A stretch of 64,000 nt of DNA from an uncultured Arenicella sp. (GTDB taxonomy: Bacteria > Pseudomonadota > Gammaproteobacteria > Arenicellales > Arenicellaceae): positions 10,120 through 74,119 of the forward strand of contig CALAKU010000007.1 in assembly GCA_937922925.1 (NCBI GenBank). Reading direction: 5' to 3'. The notes beneath the pieces were generated by a model, which was given only the letters and a program-made list of their open reading frames with translations, was not told the origin of the DNA and made no database searches. Each line of letters opens with the position of its first letter. The stretch's first letter is position 1. Shown here in pieces: positions 1-10,711 of the stretch. The translations under genes and the position numbers were made by a program.

Positions 1-1127
1 TTATTCATGTCGCCCATCATCCCGCTCATCGCATTGTCCGGCAGCTTCATATTGCCCATGCCGGGCAACTTACCCATTAAACTTTCGACGCCGCCAAGAT
101 TATTCATTTGCTGAACTTGGTCGCGATAATCTTCTAAATCAAAACCCTTGCCCTTCTTGAGCTTTTTAACCAGTTTTTCCGCTTTTTCCTTATCGACCTT
201 TTGCTCTGCCTCTTCGATTAAGGTCATCACATCGCCCATCCCTAGAATGCGCGATGCTATGCGGTCAGGGTGAAAGGCTTCGATGCCGTCGATTTTTTCG
301 CCGATGCCTAAAAACTTGATTGGCTTGCCAGTGACTTCGCGAATCGACAGAGCTGCGCCGCCGCGCGCATCGCCATCGGTCTTCGTGAGAATCACACCGG
401 TTAAGGGCAACGCTTCATCAAACGCTTTGGCGCTGACCACGGCATCTTGGCCAGTCATTGAATCCACAACAAAGAGGGTTTCAATTGGTTTAGCCGCAGC
501 GTGAACCTGTTTGATTTCACCCATTAATTCGTTGTCAACATGCAAACGCCCCGCGGTATCGATGATCAGCACATCCACCACAGCCTTTTTTGCGGCCTCT
601 TTCGCCCCAGTAACAATATCCACAGGTTTTTGATTCGGCGAGCTCGGATGGAAGGCCACATCAATCGAGTTGGCCAGCGTTTTGAGCTGCTCGATCGCAG
701 CCGGGCGATAAACGTCGGCACTCGTTACCATTACGGATTTGCCTTGTCGGGTTTTGAGCAAATTCGCCAACTTCCCGACCGTGGTCGTTTTACCTGCACC
801 TTGCAAACCCGCGACCAAAATAACCGCCGGTGGCGTCTGCGCAAGATTTAAAGCATCGTTGGCAGCGCCCATTAAGTCGACCAACTCTTGTTGGACGATT
901 TTGATGACCATTTGCCCAGGATTCAAGCTTTTGGATACGTCTGTACCAATAGCCTTTTCTTTAACCTTGTTCACAAAGGACTTAACCACAGGCAAAGAGA
1001 CATCGGCTTCCAGCAAGGCAACACGTACCTCGCGCATGGCATCGCTAATGTTGTCGTCGGTCAAGCGAGCTTGACCACGCAAGCTTTTAAAGGTGTGTTG
1101 CAGGCGGTCGCCGAGCTGTTCAAACAT
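1..1127 (-). CDS. ffh: Signal recognition particle protein Ffh (3' end runs off the window)
   Basis: Hand translation from ATG at 1127: MFEQLGDRLQHTFKSLRGQARLTDDNISDAMREVRVALLEADV...AGLQGAGKTTT (P-loop), DTAGR, TKTDGDARGG. Absent from the ORF track because it is truncated. Confidence 0.97.
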   Translation of the reverse strand, partial: MFEQLGDRLQHTFKSLRGQARLTDDNISDAMREVRVALLEADVSLPVVKSFVNKVKEKAIGTDVSKSLNPGQMVIKIVQQELVDLMGAANDALNLAQTPPAVILVAGLQGAGKTTTVGKLANLLKTRQGKSVMVTSADVYRPAAIEQLKTLANSIDVAFHPSSPNQKPVDIVTGAKEAAKKAVVDVLIIDTAGRLHVDNELMGEIKQVHAAAKPIETLFVVDSMTGQDAVVSAKAFDEALPLTGVILTKTDGDARGGAALSIREVTGKPIKFLGIGEKIDGIEAFHPDRIASRILGMGDVMTLIEEAEQKVDKEKAEKLVKKLKKGKGFDLEDYRDQVQQMNNLGGVESLMGKLPGMGNMKLPDNAMSGMMGDMN

Positions 1128-1233
1128 AAGATAAAGGGCCTGAGCCAAGGTTCGCTAACTAAATCCGTGTGGTATTCTAACCGCTGTCTGTTTACGGTGC
1201 AGCTATCACCGCATCACTTTTTCGCGTTCATCT

Positions 1234-2040
1234 ATGTTTTTGGCCCTATTAACCGCGTTGATCTTATATTGCGCCGCGACCATATTGATCGCGCGCCAGC
1301 TTAGCTCGGGCCACCAACCAGTATCCAACACACCTTTAAGTTACTATTTAGCTGGGCTGGCGGTGTTGGCTCATGGGGTCTACCTTTGTGACAGCAGCCT
1401 AAATGGCTTTCAGCTTAATTTGAGCCTGCCATCAATGATTGTGTTAATGGCTTGGATGACCAACGCGATTTTCATGTTGGCTGGTGCTACCTTGCCAATT
1501 CGCCGACTTGGGATTTTGGTTTATCCTTTAACCGTTATCAGCCTTATCTTTGCTTGGGCTTGGCCTCAAAGCGAACAAGCGACCACTACGCCCAGCGCAT
1601 GGCTAAGCCTGCATATTGTTATTTCGCTGCTGAGTTATGCCCTGCTCGCGATCGCGGTGATCCAGTCCATATTGCACTGGTACCAAGAGAAACTCATTAA
1701 GGCCCGCACTCAGCCAGCATTACTTGCCGCTTTGCCGCCACTGCAAACCATGGAATCCCTTTGGCTGAGGCTGGTGATCGGTGGGTTTATCGGCCTGAGT
1801 TTGACCTTGGCTTCTGGCGCGCTCTTTAGCCAACAAATCTTTGGGCGCCCCTTTAGTTTTGATCATCATACTGTGCTGGCGGTGATGGCATGGCTGGTAT
1901 TTGCTATTTTGTTGGTCAAGCGGTTTCGAAATGGCTTGCGAGGTGCGCAAGCCGTGATTTGGACATTACTCGGCTTTGGCCTTATTCAATTGGGATATTT
2001 CGGCACCAAAATTGTGTCGGAATTGCTCAAGCTACAGTAA
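1234..2040 (+). CDS. ypjD: Cytochrome c assembly (CcsA/YpjD family) inner membrane protein
   Basis: About 8 TM segments with LHIxxSLLSY, LPPLQTME and a C-terminal GYFGTK motif; divergent from ffh, as is usual in gammaproteobacteria. Confidence 0.85.
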   Translation: MFLALLTALILYCAATILIARQLSSGHQPVSNTPLSYYLAGLAVLAHGVYLCDSSLNGFQLNLSLPSMIVLMAWMTNAIFMLAGATLPIRRLGILVYPLTVISLIFAWAWPQSEQATTTPSAWLSLHIVISLLSYALLAIAVIQSILHWYQEKLIKARTQPALLAALPPLQTMESLWLRLVIGGFIGLSLTLASGALFSQQIFGRPFSFDHHTVLAVMAWLVFAILLVKRFRNGLRGAQAVIWTLLGFGLIQLGYFGTKIVSELLKLQ

Positions 2041-2075
2041 AATCTGCGCGCAGACTAAACCTCACTGATTCTATT

Positions 2076-3215
2076 GTGAACATTACCCGCAACCCCACTC
2101 GTGAAGTGGCTATCGGCCACGGTGCCGTAGGCAATAATCATCCAATCGTCGTGCAAAGCATGTGCGCTACCCACACGCAAGATATCGATGCGACCGTAGC
2201 GCAAACCAATGCCTTGCATGAGCGCGGTGCTGGCGTGGTAAGAATCGCGGTAGACAACAAAAAAGATGCGGCTGCGTTGATTGAGATTCGCAAACAAACC
2301 AATGCGACACTGTCGGTAGATTTGCAAGAGAACTATCGCATGGCGGCTTTGGTCGCGCCCCACGTTGACAAGATCCGCTATAACCCAGGGCATTTGTTTC
2401 ATCATGAAAAACAAAAGTCGTGGAAAGACAAAGTGAAGTATTTAGCCGATTTGGCCAGTGAACACGATTGTGCGATGCGCGTCGGCGTTAATTGTGGTTC
2501 GGTTGATCCTGAAAAGCTAAAAAATTACGATCCACGCGATTCGGTTTCACCCATGCTCGACAGCGCTTTAGAGCATTGTGAGTATTTGGATTCGATCGGT
2601 TTCACGCGCTATGTTGTCTCTCTTAAAGACTCCGACCCTCAAAAAGTGATTAGCGCAAATATACGATTTGCCGAGCGACGCCCTGACGTTCCTTTGCATT
2701 TGGGCGTCACCGAAGCGGGCATGCCACCGATGGGCATCATTAAAACTCGAATTGCCTTCGAGCAGTTGATCAGCCGTGGGATTGGCGACACCGTACGTGT
2801 CTCATTGACACTACCCAATAAAATAAAAGCCGATGAGGTTGATGCAGGTCACGAGATCATCAACGACATTCATGCCGGGCGCGTGCGCTCGGTCGTTGCT
2901 TTTGACCCGAACAAGTTAAACATTATTTCATGCCCGAGCTGCTCGCGAGTCGAAAACGAAGCGTTTATCGAATTGGCTCAAGACGTTAAGGAAATGACCG
3001 AGTACGCCGAAGACCACAACATCACCATCGCGGTAATGGGTTGCCGTGTTAATGGCCCTGGCGAAACAGACGATGCTGATCTTGGCCTGTGGTGCGGCCC
3101 TAAGGTGGTAAACCTAAAACGTAAAGGCGAAAAACTGGGCGCATTCGCCTACGACACCATTTTAGACAAGCTCAAAATCGAACTTGATGCATTGATCGAA
3201 GGGCGACAGTCTTAA
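2076..3215 (+). CDS. ispG: (E)-4-hydroxy-3-methylbut-2-enyl-diphosphate synthase
   Basis: [43 protein letters not shown] and [10 protein letters not shown] Fe-S motifs. Likely start is GTG 2076; the track start at 1890 overlaps ypjD. Confidence 0.95.
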   Translation: MNITRNPTREVAIGHGAVGNNHPIVVQSMCATHTQDIDATVAQTNALHERGAGVVRIAVDNKKDAAALIEIRKQTNATLSVDLQENYRMAALVAPHVDKIRYNPGHLFHHEKQKSWKDKVKYLADLASEHDCAMRVGVNCGSVDPEKLKNYDPRDSVSPMLDSALEHCEYLDSIGFTRYVVSLKDSDPQKVISANIRFAERRPDVPLHLGVTEAGMPPMGIIKTRIAFEQLISRGIGDTVRVSLTLPNKIKADEVDAGHEIINDIHAGRVRSVVAFDPNKLNIISCPSCSRVENEAFIELAQDVKEMTEYAEDHNITIAVMGCRVNGPGETDDADLGLWCGPKVVNLKRKGEKLGAFAYDTILDKLKIELDALIEGRQS

Positions 3216-3245
3216 ATTATCGCCCTTGTGACACTATTGTTGAAG

Positions 3246-3277
3246 TAGGTCGATGGCTGATACCGACAATCGACCTA
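3246..3277. terminator. Hairpin between convergent ispG and lipoprotein genes
   Basis: Inverted repeat TAGGTCGAT...ATCGACCTA; no strong U tract. Confidence 0.45.
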
Positions 3278-3317
3278 GCACAACTTACTGAGCACAATTG
3301 GTAGTAAGAACTAAAAA

Positions 3318-3779
3318 CTAGCTGCGAGTTGCGTTGAAATCACCTGACAGCGTTACGTCTACGCTCAATCCGTCGATATCACAAGTCCCATTACCGTCAA
3401 TGGTGCCATTTACATTGGTTCCATCCACTTGACCTTCGGCCGCAACGTTGCCAGTGCACCCTTCTTGATCAATCGGAAGATTGCCGCGAAACACACCGTT
3501 GTCTTGAATGCCAACGGTAAACGTTTCGTCAGGGTCATCGCCGTCAAATCGAACGGTTCCATCGCCGTTGACCGTGATCGTAATCGGAAATGAATCGTCT
3601 ACCGAGGTACCCAGAGCGGATGCCGAAACATTCAAAGTTCCCGTGTAAGTGCCAACAAAACTCATTGGCACATTAGTACCCGGAATCGTCGCATCGACCA
3701 TACTGCCTGAATCGGAACCACCACCATCGCAGGCACTTAAAGCGAATACAGCAAGGAAGAAAAATAAGACGTGTTTCAT
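3318..3779 (-). CDS. Hypothetical beta-rich lipoprotein
   Basis: Signal peptide with lipobox LSAC; Gly/Thr/Asp-rich beta-strand pattern; two further Cys. Confidence 0.8.
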   Translation of the reverse strand: MKHVLFFFLAVFALSACDGGGSDSGSMVDATIPGTNVPMSFVGTYTGTLNVSASALGTSVDDSFPITITVNGDGTVRFDGDDPDETFTVGIQDNGVFRGNLPIDQEGCTGNVAAEGQVDGTNVNGTIDGNGTCDIDGLSVDVTLSGDFNATRS

Positions 3780-3860
3780 TTTTTAATTATCTCTATTCAG
3801 GAAATGAGTTGAGTTGTGAACCATGCAGTATTTATAAGCGTAAACACGGTTTACAAACAC

Positions 3861-5714
3861 TTAGTAAAAGATGTTTAACATGACCAGCATGACCACTAAG
3901 AACAGTGCAGTCATACCGATCCCAGCACGCAGAAAATCTTTTACCCGGTAACCCGCTGGCCCCATAATTAATGCGTTTACTTGGTGCGTTGGAATCAAAA
4001 ACGAATTAGACGTTGCCAAGGCAATTGTCAGAGCGAACATAGCTGGGTCAGCACCGACCCCTAAGGCCATTTGTATGCCCAGTGGCACCAGCAAAACCGT
4101 TGCGCCAACGTTCGACATCACCAGAGTGAAAACGGTAGCAATAATCGCCAAGAATAGTTGTATGCCCCAAACTGGAAAACCGTCCATAAACGCCAGAGCG
4201 AGCGCCGCTAAATAGGCGGCTGCACCAGACTGCTGCATCGCCATGCCTAGCGGAATCAGGCTAGCCAATAAAAACACAGTCTGCCACGACACTGCGTTGT
4301 ACGCTTCCTCGACATCCAGCACTCGCCCAATAATCATGCCTACGGCGCCCACCATCAAGGACAAAGCCAAAGGCAAATCGCTGAATAAAACCAAGCCCAG
4401 AGCCAGGAAAAAGGCCAAAGAGGCATTTCGTAACTTGTTAGGTCTAAATTCTTCTTTAGGAAAATCCGTTACCACGGCAAAGCGGCGATCGTTTGATACT
4501 TTGATTAAGTCTTGCCAGCGTGAATGCACCACTAGCGTATCGCCTGTTTGAAGCTCTAGCGACGAAAGCTCTTCGTCTATCACTGTATCCACTCGGTAAA
4601 CAGCTAACACACGCATACCGTGACGTTTGCGAATGTCCAAATCCGAAATGGTTTTTCCTGCCACATCTGAATCGGGCGGAATTACGATTTCAGCAATACC
4701 GGCGGTAGTTGGATTCAACGCATCAGCGAATTCATTGAGAAACGGCGAAACGGTTAAATTGTGATCACTGGCATAGGCTTCAATTTCTTTTCTCGCCCCC
4801 ATAATCGCCAGCACCGAACCCGATTGAATACTGGTGTTTTGTTCTGGGATAATTCTTGTGATATCGCTGTTCTTAATCCCTAAAATCCAACCCGAGCGAC
4901 CACGCGTTTGAACTTGCCCCAACACCAAACCGTCAAGATCACTGCCCTGCTCTACGGCAACTTCAAAGATACGGCCGTCGATGCCGTAAACATCACGATA
5001 ATGCTGTAGATTTTCAGTAGTCAGCGTTTGTTTTTCAGCAACCGGTAACAGGCGCTTACCAAAGATCAAAAAGTACAGAACCCCGGTGGCAATCAAAGCG
5101 ACGCCTATTGGGGTTACCGCAAACAAGCCAAAATTTTCCATGGGAATGGCGTTGTCTGGAAAGTGCAAGTTAGCACTGTCGATTAAGTCATTAAGTAAGA
5201 TCAGCGGACTGGAACCGACCATCGTCATAGTGCCGCCTAAGATTGCGCAAAACCCCATGGGCATTAATAATCTTGAGAGGGGTATGGCTGTGCGCCGAGA
5301 GATACGACTAGCGACCGGCAAAAACAAGGCCGCAGCACCGATGTTTTGCATAAAGCTCGAGATCACCGCCACGCAGCTTGAGAGCACTAAGGTGATTTTG
5401 GATTCTGTTTTTCCGGCCCGCTTTAAAATTTGCGCAGCCATAACACCCATTACACCCGTTTTATCGAGGCCGGCTCCGATCACCATCACGGCAATAATCG
5501 ACATCACCGCGTTACTGGAAAACCCGTCGAACAATTGATACACCGGAACCAAGCCGCCATTAAAGGCTTCGATCTGAGATGACAGCCCCAATAACACCAA
5601 CACCAACAACGCCGCTACGTCAACCCGCACTACTTCGAAGACAAACAAGATAACCGCAAAAGCCAATATCGTGAGCACCGCGATGATTTCATTTGTTAAC
5701 GCGAGATCGATCAT
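3861..5714 (-). CDS. SLC13/DASS family permease with TrkA-C domains
   Basis: SSFMQNIGA, GGTMTMVGSSPLI, central soluble TrkA-C region, MSNVGAT, IPTHQVNALIMGPAGY. Confidence 0.92.
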   Translation of the reverse strand: MIDLALTNEIIAVLTILAFAVILFVFEVVRVDVAALLVLVLLGLSSQIEAFNGGLVPVYQLFDGFSSNAVMSIIAVMVIGAGLDKTGVMGVMAAQILKRAGKTESKITLVLSSCVAVISSFMQNIGAAALFLPVASRISRRTAIPLSRLLMPMGFCAILGGTMTMVGSSPLILLNDLIDSANLHFPDNAIPMENFGLFAVTPIGVALIATGVLYFLIFGKRLLPVAEKQTLTTENLQHYRDVYGIDGRIFEVAVEQGSDLDGLVLGQVQTRGRSGWILGIKNSDITRIIPEQNTSIQSGSVLAIMGARKEIEAYASDHNLTVSPFLNEFADALNPTTAGIAEIVIPPDSDVAGKTISDLDIRKRHGMRVLAVYRVDTVIDEELSSLELQTGDTLVVHSRWQDLIKVSNDRRFAVVTDFPKEEFRPNKLRNASLAFFLALGLVLFSDLPLALSLMVGAVGMIIGRVLDVEEAYNAVSWQTVFLLASLIPLGMAMQQSGAAAYLAALALAFMDGFPVWGIQLFLAIIATVFTLVMSNVGATVLLVPLGIQMALGVGADPAMFALTIALATSNSFLIPTHQVNALIMGPAGYRVKDFLRAGIGMTALFLVVMLVMLNIFY

Positions 5715-5919
5715 GTTTGGGCGTAAACCAACAGGCCAAGACGAGTCAAAACTCGCCTTTTGAGAATAGAGTTATCAATTGCATGGAGTCTATCATAGCT
5801 CTACAGACGTCTATTAAGAATGCCGTGAAAAATAGTAAATTGATGATGCTCTAAACAAAATCAAACTTGCAGCGACCTGCGGGTTTAATCTTATAATGAG
5901 TTTTCGATATTAAAAAAAG

Positions 5920-7749
5920 ATGCAGTCTATGCAACTCGACCCACACGCGATTTGGGCGCTAAGCCTAACCGTCATCGCGCTGATTTTATTTACCCGAGAA
6001 CGAATTCCATTAGAGACCTCCAGTCTTGCTGTCATTGTACTATTGGCAGTCAGTTTTCAAATTTTCCCGTATGAAAATTCAGGTGGGCAACGACTCACCC
6101 CGGTGAGTTTTTTCTCCGGCTTTGCTCACGAAGCCTTAGTCGCAGTCTGCGGCTTGATGGTCGCAGGTTACGGCATTGTGCGCACCGGAGCGCTCGATCC
6201 CGTAGGTCGGGGCTTGGCAAAGTTGTGGAGCTTTAGCCCAGTACTATCGGTGTTGATTACCCTAATCGTATCAGCCCTATTAAGTGCGGTGGTTAATAAC
6301 ACGCCTATCGTGGTCTTGCTGTTACCGATTATGCTGAATGTGGCCTTACGCACTAAAGCGAACCCGTCTGGCCTATTAATGCCCATGGGCTTAGCAACCC
6401 TATTAGGCGGCATGACAACCACCATAGGCACCTCAACAAACCTATTGGTTGTTAGTGTTGCCAACGACATGGGGCTTGAGCGCATAGGCATGTTCGACTT
6501 TTTTGTGCCTGCAATCATGGCAGGGTCAATCGGCATTCTTTATTTATGGCTGATCGCACCGCGCATCCTGCCCGACCGCTCACCAAATTTGGAAGACAGC
6601 GGGCCACGTATTTTTACCGCGCATTTGCACGTACCCTCAGGCAGTTGGGCAGATGGGCGTACTCTTACCGAAATCATTGAAAAAACCGAAGGCGCGATTC
6701 AGGTCTCCGGGATTCGTCGCACTGAAAACACGTTTACGGTTCCCTTGCCAGACGCCAAAATCAGAGCAGGCGATCGTTTGTTAGTGCGAGACAACCCAAG
6801 CGCTCTTAAAGAATACGAGCGAGCACTCGGCGCAACGCTGTACTCAAAAGGCCACGAAGTCAGTGACGATAATCCGCTGGCCGAAGACGAGCAACACCTA
6901 GCCGAACTGGTTATTGATAGAGGCTCGCCAATGGTGCACCGCACCCTCAATGAGGCGCATTTCTCAGACGTCTATCAATTAGTCACTCTGGCAATTCATC
7001 GCAAGGGCAAGGTGTTAGAAAGCATGCCTCAAGGCATAGCAAAAACCCCGCTTCGTTTGGGCGACGTGCTATTGGTGCAAGGGTCAAACGAAGCGATTGA
7101 AGAAGTTAAGCGTCGTGGGCACTTTTTGGTGCTCGATGCCACCACTGAACTCCCGTCTACCAAGTATGCCCCGCGCGCCTTAATCATCATGGCCTTCACA
7201 ATATTGGCCGCCGCTTTGGGCATTGTGCCAATCGCCATTAGCGCTGTGGCTGGGTCATTGGCGATGGTGCTTACCAATTGCCTAAAGTGGCAAGACATAC
7301 AGCGTGCTTTAAGCGCACAAGTTATTTTGATTGTGGTCGCAAGCTTGGCCTTAGGCACCGCACTTACGCAAACCGGCGCTACGGTGTATGTCGCGCAGCA
7401 ATTTGTTGAAATCACGACCGGCATGCCAGATCGCGTGATTTTTTCAGCCTTAATGTTGTTGATGGCGATTCTGACCAACGTTGTTTCCAACAATGCGGCG
7501 GCCGTGATCGGCACTCCAATTGCAATCAGTATCGCGACACAACTCGGCTTGCCACCTGAAGCGTTTGTATTGGCCGTTTTGTTCGGCGCCAACATGAGCT
7601 TTGCTACCCCCATGGCCTATCAGACTAACCTACTAGTGATGAACGCGGGCGGCTATACCTTTATGGACTTTGTCAAAGCAGGCGTTCCACTCACCTTGAT
7701 CATTTGGCTATCGCTGAGCTTTATCGTGCCTATGTTTTACGGGTTTTAG
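5920..7749 (+). CDS. SLC13/DASS family permease with TrkA-C domains
   Basis: SAVVNNTPIV, GGMTTTIGTSTNLLV, VSNNAAA, FATPMAYQTNLLVMNAGGY. Confidence 0.92.
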   Translation: MQSMQLDPHAIWALSLTVIALILFTRERIPLETSSLAVIVLLAVSFQIFPYENSGGQRLTPVSFFSGFAHEALVAVCGLMVAGYGIVRTGALDPVGRGLAKLWSFSPVLSVLITLIVSALLSAVVNNTPIVVLLLPIMLNVALRTKANPSGLLMPMGLATLLGGMTTTIGTSTNLLVVSVANDMGLERIGMFDFFVPAIMAGSIGILYLWLIAPRILPDRSPNLEDSGPRIFTAHLHVPSGSWADGRTLTEIIEKTEGAIQVSGIRRTENTFTVPLPDAKIRAGDRLLVRDNPSALKEYERALGATLYSKGHEVSDDNPLAEDEQHLAELVIDRGSPMVHRTLNEAHFSDVYQLVTLAIHRKGKVLESMPQGIAKTPLRLGDVLLVQGSNEAIEEVKRRGHFLVLDATTELPSTKYAPRALIIMAFTILAAALGIVPIAISAVAGSLAMVLTNCLKWQDIQRALSAQVILIVVASLALGTALTQTGATVYVAQQFVEITTGMPDRVIFSALMLLMAILTNVVSNNAAAVIGTPIAISIATQLGLPPEAFVLAVLFGANMSFATPMAYQTNLLVMNAGGYTFMDFVKAGVPLTLIIWLSLSFIVPMFYGF

Positions 7750-7786
7750 TTTTACGGGTTTTGTTTTATGGTTTTTAGTTTTAGGG
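7734..7786 (+). repeat. Degenerate ~15-bp tandem repeat spanning the permease stop codon
   Basis: GTTTTACGGGTTTTA / GTTTTACGGGTTTT / GTTTTATGGTTTTTA / GTTTTAGGG. Confidence 0.75.
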
Positions 7787-7820
7787 CTCTTAAAGGCACG
7801 AAGCGCCATAAATAGTGCTA

Positions 7821-8828
7821 CTAACCGCCGATAATTTGCTGCCACAACTCCTTGGCTCGTTGTTTGGCCTCTTGCCCCCGAGGGCGCTTAGCCGTCCATT
7901 CAACGTGTTGATCTACACTGGCTTTGGGGTCTAAAACAATGCCCCACATCCCCGTCACTTGATTGGGAATCAGTGAGTAACGAATGTCGATAATACGGTT
8001 TGGGTCAAACGGGTCTAAGCCCAGATGGTCGTTTGAAAACCATCTAAATCGTTCGATATCACGGCTCTGCTGGCTGCCTGCGTTTAGCCAGGTAAAGTGC
8101 TGAGCTAAATCGAGTTTCGGCACGGCAGTTCCAACGTAGATCTTTTTATTGATGCCAACACGAATAGCGTCAACATAATAACTGCCTTGATATTCATAAA
8201 CGCTTTTAAACACGACTATGTTGGCGAAGCTGGGTTTTAGCTTCAGATTGATTGGGTAATGCCCTCTGGCTTGAGCGAGCTTTAAAGCCTCATCATAAGC
8301 GCGTTGATTCTGTATTGCTCCCAGGCCTAGATAACTTAGGGCGAAGACCGCGCCCAAAACGGCCAAGCGTGTAGATCGCCGTCGAATCGCTAAAACAATT
8401 AAGACCAAAAGTGGGACGGTAAAAAGCGGGTCAACTACCGAGACCACATTCCATGCGATTCGCGCGTCACTGAACGGCCACAGCAATTGAGTGCCATAAG
8501 TGGTACACGCATCGAGCACAGCATGAGTTGCGTAGCCCGCAAGGCAATACCCATAAACGACCCAAAACGACAATTCGGTTTTACGAAAAATTGCTTTAAA
8601 GGCAGCGGCGCAAATCAATGCGCCGAAGGGAATAAAAACAAGCGCATGAGTAAAGTGACGGTGGTACTCAAGAAACAATAAAGGATCAATCGGCGAGTTG
8701 ATTAACACATCCAGATCAGCGGCCATTCCCGAAAGCACACCGAGTAAGGCCGCCGCGCCTTTTTGTTGCTTTGGTGATATCAGCTGGGTTGCAGTAGCAC
8801 CAACTACTCCTTGAGTAATAGGGTCCAT
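7821..8828 (-). CDS. Membrane-bound metal-dependent hydrolase (YdjM family)
   Basis: MDPITQ, ADLD, HRHFTHAL and THAVLDACTTYGTQLLWPF motifs. Confidence 0.88.
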   Translation of the reverse strand: MDPITQGVVGATATQLISPKQQKGAAALLGVLSGMAADLDVLINSPIDPLLFLEYHRHFTHALVFIPFGALICAAAFKAIFRKTELSFWVVYGYCLAGYATHAVLDACTTYGTQLLWPFSDARIAWNVVSVVDPLFTVPLLVLIVLAIRRRSTRLAVLGAVFALSYLGLGAIQNQRAYDEALKLAQARGHYPINLKLKPSFANIVVFKSVYEYQGSYYVDAIRVGINKKIYVGTAVPKLDLAQHFTWLNAGSQQSRDIERFRWFSNDHLGLDPFDPNRIIDIRYSLIPNQVTGMWGIVLDPKASVDQHVEWTAKRPRGQEAKQRAKELWQQIIGG

Positions 8829-8831
8829 AAA

Positions 8832-9146
8832 TTAGTCTGCATCAACTAGGTTAACAAGCAAACCATCACTCTCTTCTACCAGCTCAATTTGACACGACAA
8901 GCGCGACTTTAGTTCATCAAAATCATCCGCAAGCTCGAGCAACAGAGTTTCGTTTTCTTCGGCCGATTCCATCCACGTTTGCGGTTCAACATGAACATGG
9001 CAGGTAGCGCATGAGCATGAGCCACCACACAGTGCTTGAATTTCATCGTAGTTAGCTTCGCGCAATACCTCCATTAAGGTATCGCCCGGTTTAAATTCTA
9101 CTTTTTGCGACTGACCTTCGCGATCAACAACGGTGATATGAGCCAT
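8832..9146 (-). CDS. 2Fe-2S ferredoxin (adrenodoxin/putidaredoxin type)
   Basis: CGGSCSCATCHV and SRLSCQI; likely ATG start at 9146. Confidence 0.93.
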   Translation of the reverse strand: MAHITVVDREGQSQKVEFKPGDTLMEVLREANYDEIQALCGGSCSCATCHVHVEPQTWMESAEENETLLLELADDFDELKSRLSCQIELVEESDGLLVNLVDAD

Positions 9147-9387
9147 ATTAAAATCCAAAAACGCCTTTAATCAATTTTAGAATCAACTTCGTCGAGAGAA
9201 CGTTACCTAGCAATCGACTTGATTCGAGCTGGAGTATAGCCTTATAAATTTCAATTCAACGTAAAAAAAGAAAACACCCCACTGAAACAGTGCTGCGGGC
9301 GTTCACCTGTTCGCGTTCAACTATTCGCTCAACTATGGCTGCGTTATACTTTCCCTCAAACAGTACTTGTGACTCCCACGAAAAAAC

Positions 9388-10650
9388 ATGACAGCTTATA
9401 ACGCGTTTTACGCTCAATCGGGCGGTGTAACACCGGTTATCAATGCCTCTGCCGCTGGCGTACTCGACGCAGCAAGACGCCACCCCGACAAGATTAAAAC
9501 AGTGTACGCGGGGCAAGATGGCATCCTCGGTGCTTTGAGCGAAAGTCTGATCGATACCAGTTTACTTAGCGATGATGAGGTCAACGCCTTAAAGTACACT
9601 CCGGCCGGAGCATTTGGTAGTTGTCGTTACAAGCTTAAATCTATTGAAGAGCATCGTGCCGAGTACGAGCGCTTGATTGCGGTATTTAAGGCCCACGACA
9701 TTCGCTATTTTTTCTACAATGGCGGTGGCGATTCGCAAGACACCTCGCATAAGGTTTCGCAATTGGCTGATACCATGGGCTACCCCATTACTTGCATTGG
9801 CGTGCCTAAAACCATTGATAACGATTTGCCCATCACCGATTGTTCGCCAGGGTTCGCGTCGGTGGCCAAGTATGTTGCCGTTTCCATTTTAGAGGCCTCT
9901 TTGGATGTCGCCTCGATGAGTTCAACGTCGACCAAGGTTTTCGTGATGGAAGTAATGGGCCGCCACGCTGGCTGGATTGCAGCGGCGGCCGGTCTCGCTG
10001 CTGACGATCGCGGCCTCGGCCCAGATGTGATTATTTTTCCCGAAGTTGATTTTGACCAAGCCGCGTTCCTAGCTAAGGTTGACGAATGCGTAAAACAAAA
10101 AGGCCAGTGCGCGATTGTGGTCTCTGAGGGCGCGCATACCGCCGATGGTGTGTTTTTATCCGACTCCGGGGTTAGAGATGCCTTCGGTCACGCGCAGCTT
10201 GGTGGTGTCGCGCCAGTGATAACCGACCTTATTAAACAAAATTTGGGGCATAAGTGTCATTGGGCAGTTTGCGACTATTTGCAACGATCTGCTAGGCACA
10301 TCGGCGCAGCGGTGGATGTTAAGCACGCTTACGCGCTGGGCGAAGCAGCTGTCGAGCTTGCGGTGCAAGGTGAAAACGCCTTGATGCCGACCATCGTACG
10401 CACCTCGAACAATCCCTATCGTTGGGAAATCGGCCAAGCGCCTTTGGCCGATGTTGCTAATGTCGAGAAGCCACTCCCTAAACACTATATTAGCGATGAT
10501 GGCTTTTTTATTACCGAAGCTTGCCGCGAATATCTAGCGCCGCTCATTGAGGGCGAAGACTTTCCGCCATTTAAAAATGGCCTACCGGAATATGTCGTAT
10601 TAAACAAAGAAAGCGTGGCAAAGAAATTACCACCATTCGAAATTAAGTAG
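9388..10650 (+). CDS. pfp: 6-phosphofructokinase, probably pyrophosphate-dependent
   Basis: QSGG, NGGGDS, PKTIDND and EVMGRHAGW motifs. Confidence 0.9.
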   Translation: MTAYNAFYAQSGGVTPVINASAAGVLDAARRHPDKIKTVYAGQDGILGALSESLIDTSLLSDDEVNALKYTPAGAFGSCRYKLKSIEEHRAEYERLIAVFKAHDIRYFFYNGGGDSQDTSHKVSQLADTMGYPITCIGVPKTIDNDLPITDCSPGFASVAKYVAVSILEASLDVASMSSTSTKVFVMEVMGRHAGWIAAAAGLAADDRGLGPDVIIFPEVDFDQAAFLAKVDECVKQKGQCAIVVSEGAHTADGVFLSDSGVRDAFGHAQLGGVAPVITDLIKQNLGHKCHWAVCDYLQRSARHIGAAVDVKHAYALGEAAVELAVQGENALMPTIVRTSNNPYRWEIGQAPLADVANVEKPLPKHYISDDGFFITEACREYLAPLIEGEDFPPFKNGLPEYVVLNKESVAKKLPPFEIK

Positions 10651-10711
10651 TCGGAATTAAGCAATCCATAAAGCTATCTCCGAGCGCAATAATGAAAGGT
10701 GGGGGGTTTGC

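Noticed and set aside
283-1304. Several + strand ORFs of 73-138 aa
   Set aside because: They are antisense shadows of ffh, which occupies the - strand.
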